From: Andalucia godoyi And28
Lineage: Eukaryota > Protista > Jakobida
DNA length: 46,367 bases
NCBI GenBank assembly: GCA_009859145.1
Contig: VRVR01000064.1
Location: 74,489 to 120,855 of the forward strand
Reading direction: 5' to 3'
Position numbers and translations under genes: made by a program. Below the pieces are notes generated by a model. It saw only the letters and a list, made by a program, of their open reading frames with translations, was not told the DNA's origin and searched no databases. Below, piece after piece: positions 1-10,625 of this stretch (positions within the stretch are counted from its first letter, which is position 1; every line of letters starts with the position of its first letter).

Positions 1-93
1 GGCTTTGAATTTGAAGACCGCGGGTTTGTGAATGTGAAGGGAAAAGGCCAGCTGCAAGCGTACTTGCTGAATGGAAAGAAGAGCAAGGTGTAA
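1..93 (+). CDS. 3' end of a class III adenylyl/guanylyl cyclase (partial, runs off the left edge)
   Basis: Frame 1 reads GFEFEDRGFVNVKGKGQLQAYLLNGKKSKV* (TAA 91-93). This matches the C-terminal RGxxxVKGKGx(M/L)xxYxL signature of class III nucleotide cyclases. Not in the ORF track. Confidence 0.75.
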   Translation, partial: GFEFEDRGFVNVKGKGQLQAYLLNGKKSKV

Positions 94-361
94 GTTGGCG
101 CGGTGAACGGAAAGTATGACAAAATAAATAGTCGATACCCTGCGATGGGACATTTTTACGGATTGTCAGAAACCTGGAAAACTTATGGTGGGGACGGTCC
201 TTGGCAAATTGGTTGAGGCATTTAGATCAGCGGCTTCAAATATGAATTAAACCCTCGCTCCATGCAAGAGAAGTCTGTTCCAAAAAATCCTAAGCAGATG
301 CTGTGCATTTTTCTTTCCTGTGAAAGGATTTGGTAATTAAGTCTACTGCAGAGTTTTCATC

Positions 362-3300
362 ATGCAGAAGCTGTTCATAGCCTCCTGTGAGAAAGAACCG
401 CTGCCTTTTTCTGGAAATGTTCTCAACTACGGCGTTCTGCTTGGTATTTCCCTCATTGTGAACGAATCTGGGGCACAGTCTTCAGTCATCGTGAATGTTT
501 CCGACAATGTGAGGGATCACTTTAGATTTTCTGTCGAGCAGCTTCTCTATCAATCTTTGTCAGTTCTGGTTGACTCTGTGGAAATCTTTGAAGAAGGTCC
601 GACAAAGGATCTGAGCTTGTTGCACTCTAAAACCCTTGCGTATGCTGGGGAGACTTCGAGGTTTGGTCCCATTTCTGTGTTCATCAATGAACCTAGTGTG
701 TCCGTCGAAAACATGACTAAGAGGCAAGGCGACTCCTCGGATGAGCATTGCAGCGGAGGTCCGCTGAGGCATTTTCCTGGGTTTGCGTTTATGACAAAAG
801 GAATTCTAGTTCTGGAACTGGACTGTGCCGAGGCCACTCGTTCTCCGCAGCGTGCTCCATCCCCATGGCCCTCAAATTCCCTTCAGTATGTGGAAATGTA
901 CAGACGTGGCATCACTACCATGAACGAACGGATGTCGTCTTGCAAAACTCTGCATGACGTGTGCACAGTTTTGGGAACGCAAGTCTTTGAATTTCTTGGC
1001 TGCGACCGTTGCATGGTTTATGAGTTTGATGTTTCCGACGAGTCCGGAGACGTTATTTGTGAATGGAAGCGCGATGGTGTCACCACTTCGTATGATGGCC
1101 TGCATTTTCCTGCTTCCGATATTCCACTTATTGCTCGATCGTTGTATGTAAGGAATCCCATTCGTTGCATCCCAGATGTGGACATTGGAAATTCCAGGAT
1201 CTTGCCGACGTCTTCTGCGATAGATCTATCGAACAGCTTCCTACGCAGCGTCTCGCCAGTTCATGTTCAGTATTTGAAAAACATGAAAGTGTGCGCCTCC
1301 TTGTCTTTGAGCATTGTTGTTGAGGGGAGACTTTGGGGACTTGTTTCCTGTCACCATTATTCTCCCTTCTTTCCGCCGTTGCATGTTCGATCGATGTGCG
1401 AGTGTCTTTCCAAACTGGCGTCCACCACAATCTCCGAAAAAATTAGGCAGACAAAGGCTGCAACGTGGAACGCAGATCTTCAGTTGGTGCAGGCTGTTGT
1501 ATCGAAGCTGATTTTCGACATTCACGACGAAAACCTGAATCCCACGCATGTCGGCCTGTCGCGGTGGTTGCAATGCGCGAGTCCAACGCTGATGACGCGC
1601 CTTCGTTCATCCTTGATGATCCTCAAAGTCGCTGGAACAGCTTTCGTTTCGGATCAGTGTCCGTCTGTTGATCCATTCCTGGAGTTGTGTTCGTGGTTGC
1701 GCTCACGATCTGCTCCGCAGCGGCAAACGCTATCTTCCTACCTGTCTCCAGTGACAGATATTATCCTTCCGTCTGTCCAAGTGATTGACTGTCTCAAAGA
1801 GGAATTCCCCTCCCAGCTTCCCTACGACTTGCTGTGTAAGATCGACGGCGGCGACGACGCAAACGTGGCGGGTGTCGTGTTTGTTCCGCTATCCCCAAAC
1901 TGTGCTGATTTTCTTGCATTTTTCCGTCCTGAGAAGATTCGCACGATCAAGTGGCTTGGCAATCCTGCACAAAAGGAAGCGAACGAGAGCGGTTTGCTTT
2001 CTCCGAAGTTGTCGTTTGACTCGTATTTACAGACTATTGTGGGTAGGTCTGAGCGATGGAATTCAAGTGATGTCGACGTTTGCAGAATGGTCCAAGAAGG
2101 ACTGTTTTCACGGATGCAAAACATTTCCGTGCAGTTGGAAGAAAGGAGAGCTGTGAAGAGTGAATATCAAAAACTAGCGGCTCTGGAAAGCGACAAACTA
2201 CGCAGAGGGTTTTTGTCGCATCTGTCCCATCAGATGAGAACTCCGTTTAATAATGTTCTCGACACCCTTAATGATTTGGCACGAAAGGAAGATGTTTCGC
2301 AGGAAAGTATTCATCTTGCCTGTTCTTCTGCAACATCTGCATTAATGTTGATCGATAACTTGCTGGAACTCCTGCAGTTGGAAACTTCCGCCATGGACCT
2401 TGTGGAGCGTGAGGCGTCGCTTCCCGAACAGTTTGAGAAAGCCGCCAAAATTCTGCAGGTCGCAGCGGATCGTCGGGGCGTTCGGTTGTTCCTTTCCATA
2501 CATCCGGACATTCCATCCGCAGCTATTTTTGACGTTGAGCGTCTGAATCAAGTGCTTATTAACATTCTTGGAAATGCCGTCAAATATACAGAACCGCGTG
2601 GCTCCGTATTTATGAACGTCGTTTTGCTGCGGCAGATCGATCCAAGTCTCGTCGAAAAGGACAATGAAGCAACAATAGTTGTGAGTGTTCGAGATGAAGG
2701 AATCGGAATGGGTCAAGATGTCTTGGATAATTTGTTCAATCCACTGTTTCCGAAGGAAGCTGCGGTTTCGAAGCGAAAATACGGCGGCTCCTGTCTAGGA
2801 TTGACGCTGTGCAAACAGATTGTGGATCGCATGCGTGGTCGAATTGATGTGGACAGTTCTGTGGGTTCCGGCTCCGAATTCATTATTCGTCTTCCTTTGC
2901 GCCTACCGATGAATAGACCAATGCGATTGCTCCGCGATGACTACCTTGTTGTGTCCAGCAAGATTGGATGGCTTCGTGACAACTATCCAACAGTGCTGGT
3001 TCTTGCTGGCGCCTTCTTTGACACGATTGCATGGCTGTTGCGATTCTTTGGGTTTGACGTTATCCAGTGCACTGGACTTGCATCGCTGAAACACCGCCTT
3101 CAATTTGAACGAAAATACGTAATCTTCATTGAGGACGAAAGTTTGTATTTTGATTTGCCTTCCACTTCCGAGGCAACAGAGTGTTTGCTGCTTGTCAAGG
3201 AAGCCGCATTGCGAAACAGTCACATTATTCGAATTCGGTCTGAACATATGTCCAAAATTGTGGACCCCCAGTTCTCCGGTGCGTCGTCGTCATCCTCATC

Positions 3301-4080
3301 ATCCGGTTTTTCTGATACTGTTACTCTTCCACCAAATACTCCACAATTATCACCATATTTGCGAGAGAGGAAGACCGACAGATACACAAGCCACGACGGT
3401 ATTTCTTATTCCGAGGATCTTTTGCCTCTTGTCCAAGCCCGCTTTGACGAGTCTATTCTTCGGATTGATCTTGTTGCCGCAGAAATTTTCGAAAAGATTG
3501 GAGAGTTTTCTGACGTTTTGAAGTTGTGCAAAACATACACCATATTCAAACCGTTAACCTTGTTGTCCATCGAGGAGACACTGGTTGCTGTTCAAAAAGA
3601 GGGAATTCACAATCTGACGTTCTCTGTCAAGATAGGTTCAGCGAACGGATGGCACGATGAGCCTAGATCCGACCCGAGCACTGTCAGCGATGCAAAGAAA
3701 TGTGCGCTCGTTGCCGAGGACAATCCTTTAAATGCTCGAGTGTTGGCAAAACATCTTTCAAGACTTGAATGGGACTATGATATCGCGTGTCATGGCGTCC
3801 AGGCAGTAGAGCATTTCCAAGCAAATCCACAAAAGTACAGTGTGGTGTTGATGGATTGCTTTATGCCGATATGGACGGCTTCGAAGCAACCGCGAAGATC
3901 CGGATGGAAGAGAAGTTAATATCGGAAACTCACCGAATTCCCATCATTGCTATCACTGCAGATGTTTTGTACGAAACCCGGAAAAAGTGTTTCGAGGTGG
4001 GAATGGATGACTTCTTGGGGAAGCCCGTTCATCGGGAATCGTTAGATGCTGTACTCAAGAAGCACAAGTTGAGGCTGTAG
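362..4080 (+). CDS. Phytochrome-type hybrid sensor histidine kinase (PAS-GAF-PHY-HisKA-HATPase-degenerate REC-REC), bacteriophytochrome/fungal-phytochrome class, with a 1-nt frameshift in the final receiver
   Basis: N-terminal SCEKEPLPFSGNVLNYGVLL resembles the BphP CxxEPIHxPGxIQxHGxLL motif (Cys9 at 386-388). GAF: DRCMVYEF, LHFPASDIP (PASDIP 1109-1126), LRSVSPVH, LWGLVSCHH. PHY: WLGNP and PKLSF. H-box SHQMRTP; HATPase boxes NAVKYT, DEGIGM, GGSCLGL. The receiver starts LVAEDNPLN...VVLMDCFMP in ORF 362-3919 and continues MDGFEAT...IIAITAD...GMDDFLGKP in the other frame from 3871 to TAG 4078-4080. Confidence 0.93.
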
Positions 4081-4081
4081 G
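3945..4081 (+). repeat. 137-bp segment (phytochrome receiver 3' end) duplicated at 19375-19511
   Basis: Base-by-base comparison: CATTGCTATCACTGCAGATG...AAGTTGAGGCTGTAGG is identical in both copies except one substitution (GTACTC here, GTTCTC in the second copy). Confidence 0.95.
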
Positions 4082-4373
4082 GTGAATATTACGCAGCAGC
4101 AGATATTCGTAAACAGTGTACTTTCATTGATATAAGAGTGGTTCGTAAAGACTGCGGTTAAGGGACGTCGGTGAGTAACGTCCAGCACGAACGGACACTG
4201 ATTGTAGGGCAATCTCGGCTGCCGTAAGTAACCTGCAGCACTTTTTGCTCTGAAAAAAAGATGTGCAACATTTTGTTTGCTCGTTGTGTGATTTAAGAAC
4301 GTTCCAGACATTGCATTGCTAGGTTGACGTATCCCATTTGACTTTGGAATCTTCTGTATAGCATTTCACGTCC

Positions 4374-6592
4374 ATGTCATCCAATACGTCTGACGGCGAA
4401 CACAAGTCCGCCACACTGTCCTTCGAGGCTGGCGCCAGCCCCTTTTTGCGGTACCGTTTTCCGAGACAGTCTTCAGAGCTAGAGTCAGTTGTGCAGCAAG
4501 ATGCATCATCACTCAATGCTTCTCTGTATTCCGACACTCCCATGATGATCGACCATTCCAGAAGGAATCATGCACCTGCGCAAGGTTGCAGTACCAGCGG
4601 TGGCGAAGAACTTGGTTTGGACTTTGCTGGAAATCAAGTATTATTTTCAAATATCTTTGCGTCGACTCGTTCTGCAGCCCACCTGCTTGGCGAGCTGCTC
4701 TCTACAGCACTCTGCGGGAATGACATTACATCCTCATGCTTGTACACTGCTGCTTTTGTAGCGAAATCAGCAGCTGTTTATTCTTTTATTTCTCTTTTGT
4801 TGGTGGCTTTTGTGTTGTACTTTTTCCGGTTTGTCTATGAAGAACTGGGAGATGCTCTTCCGCTGAATTGGGGTTCGTACACAATCTTCTTGAATACGTC
4901 GCAGAAGTGGCTTGCTTCCTTTGCTGGCAGTTGCTCGTTCCTTTCCTACGTGGCAACTGCCGTTGTAAGTGTGGCAACTGCGATTTCGTATGGGTCTGCA
5001 CTGTGGGGTTCTGGTGTGGACGCTACTGCCCTTACAATCGCATTGCTTGCAGTTTTCTGCCTCTTGACGCTGCTAGGTCTGACAGAATCGGCGACCGTTG
5101 CAGTTGTGATTTTTGTCTTGCATGTCATTTCGTTGACCGCTCTGATTGTCGCTTGTTTTGTGTTCCTGTGCATGAACCCACATGTTATTCAGGAAAATTG
5201 GCGGAGCTCCGAGGCAGTTCCTTCTCAGTACAACGTCGTTGAAGGCATACTGATTGGGTTCGGCGCTGGTATGTTGGGCATCACAGGATTCGAAACAAGC
5301 TGCAACTTTCTTGAGGAGCAAAAGCCAGGGGTGTTCCCAAAGACTCTCCGCAACATGTGGATCTGTGTCCTGTTGTTCAATCCTCTCATATCGTTCTTCG
5401 CTTACGGAGTTCTGACGAACGATGAAGTTGCGAATGCATCTGGAGCCCTGCTTGCTGACATGGCACTCCGAGTGACTGGTGGGAACAGGATTTTCTTTGT
5501 CATCATTTGTGTCGATGCATTCTTGGTTCTTTGTGGAGCAGTTCTTACGGGCTACGTCGGCGTTGTTGGATTGCTAGGGCGTCTTGCGGAGGATCGCTGT
5601 ATTCCAGTTGTCCTGGCTGCCAAGAATTCCCTAACTGTCACCCGTACCTTTTCTATTCTACTATTTTTCGGGATTTGCGCGTCCATGGTGTACATTGTAG
5701 GGGGAGTGGAAAATCTCGCGATCCTGGAAGGAGTCTACGCGGTTGCATTCCTGATGGTCATGACTCTTGTGGCCATCGGAAACATGCTTCTCAAGTACTG
5801 TCGCTCCTATATTCCGCGTTGTACAACGTGCTCTCTGCGCACGGCGGTTTTTGCTGCATGCTGCACCTCTGCAGCTCTGCTAATTAACGTCATTGTCGCT
5901 CCGTCTGTGTTATATTATTTCCTGATCTATCTGTCCTTCTGTGCCGTCTGTCTGTTTATCATGTTTCAGAGACTCCGTATGCTCAAGATCTTCCAGTTCA
6001 TCTTGTGTTTAGCCTTGTCTCAGGTACGCTTATGGGGCTTGCATTTCGAAAATTGAGCGATGCCGAGTTCTCCGCATTTTGCAGTTCTGTAAATGCTTGG
6101 GTGAAGAGGGTGATGCATGACGTTTGCAGTCAGCCAATCGTTTTGTGCACTCGGGAGTCGGACGTGCAGTCTTGCCTAAAAATGTTGCAATACGTTCACG
6201 GAAATGAGCTGTGCGACCATGTAATTTTCGTTCACATGTTCTCCGCCGTTCCAAACGAATTCGTCACCGAAGCGCTATCTGAGGCCGACCAAATCGATAA
6301 TGATGAAGTCGTACTCACAGATCCGTCCCCCATTCAATTTCAGTTATTAGAGCATGACCTCGAAATCGTGCAAGGGCTTCGCAGCACCGTGGATTTTCTG
6401 CAACTGTGGTATCCATCGTATCGTATGGACTTGGTACTTGTGAATAGCACGTTCACTCCACTTTCGTTAGAAGCAGTGTGTAAGCATTTATCGGTTTCAA
6501 AAAATTTTGCATTCATTTCTTGTCCAGGAAAGCATGCGAACAGTGCCGTTTCCATTGGGAAGTTTGCAGGCGTCAGGATCGTAGTATCCTGA
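4374..6592 (+). CDS. APC-superfamily amino-acid permease with a C-terminal soluble domain, split over two frames at about 6005-6067 (intron or frameshift)
   Basis: ORF 4374-6056 has about 11-12 hydrophobic segments and APC motifs (GAGMLGITGFETSCNF, PGVFPKTLRNM, VLCGAVLTGYVGVVGLLGRLAEDRCIP). ORF 6005-6592 supplies a C-terminal domain (QPIVLCTRESD...LQYVHGNE...YPSYRMDLV...GVRIVVS) of the kind found on this permease subfamily. A candidate intron GT 6024 to AG 6067 would restore the frame. Confidence 0.85.
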
Positions 6593-6877
6593 CCCCTGCT
6601 GTCTGTAACTTGAGCACGTACCGGCGTACCATTTTGAAGGAGATGTGGCAATTCCGGTCGGCGAGAACCAACGTTTGGTAGCGCGCTGCTATCGCCCTTG
6701 GTCAGTTGCAGACACAGGCTTTTTCAACGTCAGATTGGGCGATGGCAGGCAGCTCGTAAATAAAATGTTCAATCGTTCTCAAAAAAACAGAAAACTATCT
6801 CCGCTGACGTTTATTGGAAGCGCGCTTACTGATGCCCATTGTCAGTGAATAATGCTCGGCTTGCATGAAGTCCGGAC

Positions 6878-7676
6878 CTAATTTAGAACGACAGAAAAAG
6901 AATCAACACACAAGGCCATCTTCTTGGAAACAATGACGTGGCCGATTGTCTCATTGCTGGAATTTCGCAGAATCAGTCGATCACGAAATCGTATTGGACG
7001 CGACAGCTTCAAAACCACTTCAACTTTCGGATTCTTCGACAAAGAACAGTAGCTCCCCGCGGATCACATCTCCCTCCGAGACTTCTACAAATGAAGGGAC
7101 GGCTGGCAAAACAGAATTCATTGCTGCCCACAGCTCGGAAACACCCTTGTCTTCAAATGAGTCCACGTGGAAGACAGACGCGCTGAATCCAACAGCACGA
7201 AGATACTTTTTCAAATCGTCTTCGTCGTTGGAGGCCGGCATCCCGCTTCCCACTTTTGTCCAAACCACAATCAAATCCTTGATACCCGTTGAGCGTATCA
7301 GCTTCAGATACTCCTTCACCTCACCCAAGCGAAATCCAGAATGAAATTCGTCGCTTTTTTATGATACACACAGAATTCCACAAGAAATATCTGCAGCAGT
7401 CAGCGCTTGCAGGAACTCGCGAATGAACATTTTGTGTCCTGGCGTGTCAAACAACTCAATGCTAGGTCCTATTTCTGTGCGGCTCCATTCAAAAGTCTTG
7501 TTACGTGAACGTTCCTCTTCAAACGTATCCAGCAGCTGTCCAAGCCAGTTATTTGGAGACTCCAGCTTTCTCTTCTCTACCTCGTGAGCGTCGGTTGACC
7601 CGTAGTTGACTAGCAGTCTACCGCACAGCGTGCTTTTCCCATGATCAACGTGCCCCGTCAAAAGAAACCGCTTCAT
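6878..7676 (-). pseudogene. Disrupted, shortened HBS1/eRF3/EF-1alpha-family translational GTPase
   Basis: G1 GHVDHGKST, G2 region EEERSRNKTFE, G3 DTPGH. An in-frame TAA at 7361-7359 interrupts GILCVS*KSDEFHSGF...GIKDLIVVWTKV, which resembles the eRF3/HBS1 stretch AILVVSARKGEFEAGF...LIVVVNKMD. ORFs 7359-7676 and 7020-7328 are the same frame. A third piece in another frame, VEVVLKLSRPIRFRDRLILRNSSNETIGHVIV (TAG 6880-6878), resembles the end of domain III. Confidence 0.78.
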
Positions 7677-7770
7677 CGTTATTTAAATTAATTAAAATAC
7701 GTCAAGCGTAATTCATCACGTAAAAATAAAGGCAGAAATGGCGAATGAAACGCGCGCAAGTTTTGGGTGA

Positions 7771-7810
7771 GCACAACATCGCACAAACATCGCACAACAT
7801 CGCACAACAC
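7771..7810. repeat. Short tandem repeat, about 4 copies of GCACAACATC (one copy has an extra A, the last is imperfect)
   Basis: GCACAACATC GCACAAACATC GCACAACATC GCACAACAC, read directly in the intergenic DNA. Confidence 0.85.
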
Positions 7811-8026
7811 CCGCCAATTACGAACAATGCTTCCTGTGTGCATACAGCTGGAAAAAAAAGTGGCTTGTTATCCGAACTCTGCAAGACAAAATCACAACCC
7901 AGGAACGATCGTCTGCGCTAGGGTCGAGGAAAGGCAGGAATGAAGAAGCCCAGATAGGGCTGCATTCTTCGATGTGATTATGCACATGTGTTCGCTTTAC
8001 CATGGAATAACAAAAAAAAAACGGAC

Positions 8027-9382
8027 CTACCACATTTGGCAAACTCTAACATCTTGATCATCCAGCAAACGCACACGGGATGGCGAGCTTGCGCCATAAA
8101 TAGGCAATCGAGGCTCCAGAGGCTGAACGTCCTGCATCTCGACGGTCTCGGTGGACACCCCTTCGGAAAAGTCTTCCCCAGCGAGTCTGCGAATCGGAAG
8201 CATCGGGTTTGCTCCTCCAGTCTTCTTCCACCCTCCCGATTTCGGTTGATTGTTTGCAATACTTTGGTTCCCATTGCGATCGGAGACACTCGACTTGACA
8301 TCTACAATGGCACGAACAACTCGAATCTTCTTGTGGACATCAACGTAGACATCCGTCTCATCGACGATTTCTTCCGCAATAAGCTCTTCGAGCACGTCTT
8401 CAAGAGTCACGACACCAACCAAGTCATACGATTGAAAGACAAGCGCCATGTGCGAGCGACCCTGTTGGAACTTGTTCAGCAGCTGGTCAAGCGGCATGTG
8501 GGAAGGGACATGCAAAGGTTCCCGGAGAGGCAGCTGGCCGACAGTGATTCGCTTTGCAAGACCGTCATCTGAGAAGGCCAGTCCTGCAGATTTGATGAGC
8601 GTTTTCACAATCAATAACCCAATGACATTTTTCCTGTCACCCTTCTCATAAACTGGAATTCTTGAATGCGCCTTTTCGTACAATTCATCAAGGAAGGATG
8701 CATCAAAAACTCGATCAGCAGACGCCATGAATACAGAATCAAGCGGTGTCATGACCTGCAGCGCCGTCTTTTCGCGGAGTTCCAATGCACCGCGAATAAT
8801 AGAAACTTCATCACCTGTTAATTTGTGTTCTTCCCCATGCATGCGAACAAGTTCTTTGAATTCTGCTCTTCGAAAGAATCCTGCATGCGACTTTCCAAGA
8901 ATCAAATCAAGCAACTTGGAAATGGGCCAGGAAATAGGGAACGCAAGGGCCATGAGAAAACGGACGATAGGAGAGGCGTAAGCGCCAATGACAAGCCCGT
9001 ATCGCGAGCAAACACCTTGCGGAATGACCTCGCCAAAGAGGAGAACAGCAGTGACCGATATTATGATGGCAAGGTATGATGGGACAATCCTGTCGAGTGC
9101 AAGCGGAAGTCCTTCCATTGCAACCGCATTCCACAACAGCAAAGTCACAAGCAGCAAATGCTCCTTTTCCACGAGCGGCAAAATTCTACCTGCAAAATAT
9201 TTTTCTCTTTCCGACCCTACAGACACCAGAAGCCGCAAATTTAGCTTGTCAAGAGACAAGATACCGAGAGTCAGACCAGACATTAAGCCAGCGAAGCAAA
9301 CAAGGAACATGCACAGGAATAGCAATGCCAGAAAAGAACCGGAACCCGGCTCGGCAACGCTCTCTTCGCAGCTTTCGCTCAT
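8027..9382 (-). CDS. CNNM/CorC-family divalent metal transporter (DUF21 transmembrane domain + CBS pair)
   Basis: FAGLMSGLTLGILSLD, HLLLVTLLLWNAVAMEGLPLAL, LFGEVIPQGVC, GALELREKTALQVMTPL, HSRIPVY, FQQGRSHMALV and GVVTLEDVLEELIAEEIVDETD are all family-typical motifs. 451 aa, uninterrupted. Confidence 0.93.
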   Translation of the reverse strand: MSESCEESVAEPGSGSFLALLFLCMFLVCFAGLMSGLTLGILSLDKLNLRLLVSVGSEREKYFAGRILPLVEKEHLLLVTLLLWNAVAMEGLPLALDRIVPSYLAIIISVTAVLLFGEVIPQGVCSRYGLVIGAYASPIVRFLMALAFPISWPISKLLDLILGKSHAGFFRRAEFKELVRMHGEEHKLTGDEVSIIRGALELREKTALQVMTPLDSVFMASADRVFDASFLDELYEKAHSRIPVYEKGDRKNVIGLLIVKTLIKSAGLAFSDDGLAKRITVGQLPLREPLHVPSHMPLDQLLNKFQQGRSHMALVFQSYDLVGVVTLEDVLEELIAEEIVDETDVYVDVHKKIRVVRAIVDVKSSVSDRNGNQSIANNQPKSGGWKKTGGANPMLPIRRLAGEDFSEGVSTETVEMQDVQPLEPRLPIYGASSPSRVRLLDDQDVRVCQMW

Positions 9383-9646
9383 GTAAACCTCCCAAGAAAC
9401 GGCTGAAATTGGAGAAAGTACTATGATGTGTCCAATGAAATCTGATAAGTAACAACAAAATTGTTTTGTTATGAAAGAGTGACGTGGGATACTAAAAGAT
9501 CAAGCAGAAGTATTTCGGCAAGCAGTACATTGAGAGAAAACTAATAAAAATAATTGCAGATTGACGATGCGGATTTCTCAGATTTCAAACCCTTCGCAGC
9601 GGCACCGACAAAAGATTTGAAAACGTGTACGAGCAAGAAATACCAC

Positions 9647-10400
9647 CTACCGCTCCGAGTCAGCGCTACACTGCCATGAAGGGTGCGTTTTCAGATTTTC
9701 CAAATCCACATCTACTCGTTCATTCAAGTATTGACTTTTTTGTTCTGTTGCTTCTTTTTGCCATTTCATTGTATTCCCTAGGATCTTGCATATCCAGCAG
9801 TTTCGAAATCAGTACGTAATTCCGTTTGTCTCTTCCAAAATCAACTGCTTCCTCCGGAGTGCTCTGCCAGTGTCCGCCGTTGGGGGTTGGTGCAGCAGTA
9901 TGACAAAAGTAAAGGCACTCCCTGCTCCCAGCAAGTTGAAACTCATTTTGCCATGAGCTGCTTTTTCAAACGGTAGCGCCATCAATATGTGTCCAGTAGA
10001 AACATCTTGTCGCGTTACCGACGTTATTTTCGACCTTGCAGCTGGCCCAACAACCGTTTGACGGCTGCTTGCAGAACATTACACGCTGAAGTCTTTCTTG
10101 ACAAGATATTTGATCAGCTTGGAAAGCAGTTTACCACCGCGCATGATCAGATGAAACGCAGAGTCCTTGTCGTGCTGCCATAATCAGTACTTCTAGATTT
10201 CCAACACTTATTGTCTGAGCAACCACTGCATCAGGGAGCTTTGCAGGATTCCTCGCGTAGCAACTGCATCCTAGGCATGAATGGCTTCTCCGCGACCACC
10301 TTTCAAAGCATCGACAACCGACGGCACATAGTTCGTGTTGGACCCGATCTTGCGAAGACCGGCGTCGCTGACGACGTTACAAGAAAATAGTTGCTTTAAT
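9647..10400 (-). pseudogene. Possible heavily degraded ankyrin-repeat-like gene
   Basis: Stop-interrupted minus-strand frames contain DKDSAFHLIMRGGKLLSKLIKYLVKKDFSV, NVLQAAVK and WQSTPEEAVDFGRDKRNYVLISKLL, which loosely resemble ankyrin repeats. A pyrimidine tract lies just upstream on the minus strand (about 10405-10440). Weak. Confidence 0.25.
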
Positions 10401-10625
10401 TTGAGCAAAAAAGGAAAATAGAAGCAGGGAAAAAGAAGAGAACATTTCTCATTGCGGAGCAGAAAGTTCAGCGGGAAAAAAATATCCGGAGAACAGATTT
10501 TGTTTCCTGTTTTTTTCGGGTCTTTTGGAGCTTCACGCATTGACAAACTGTCTATTGAAATGCGTCTCTGTTTTTTCGACTTTATTGGATTTGTGTTCTT
10601 CGGTTGACGAATTTCTTGACCAGCA

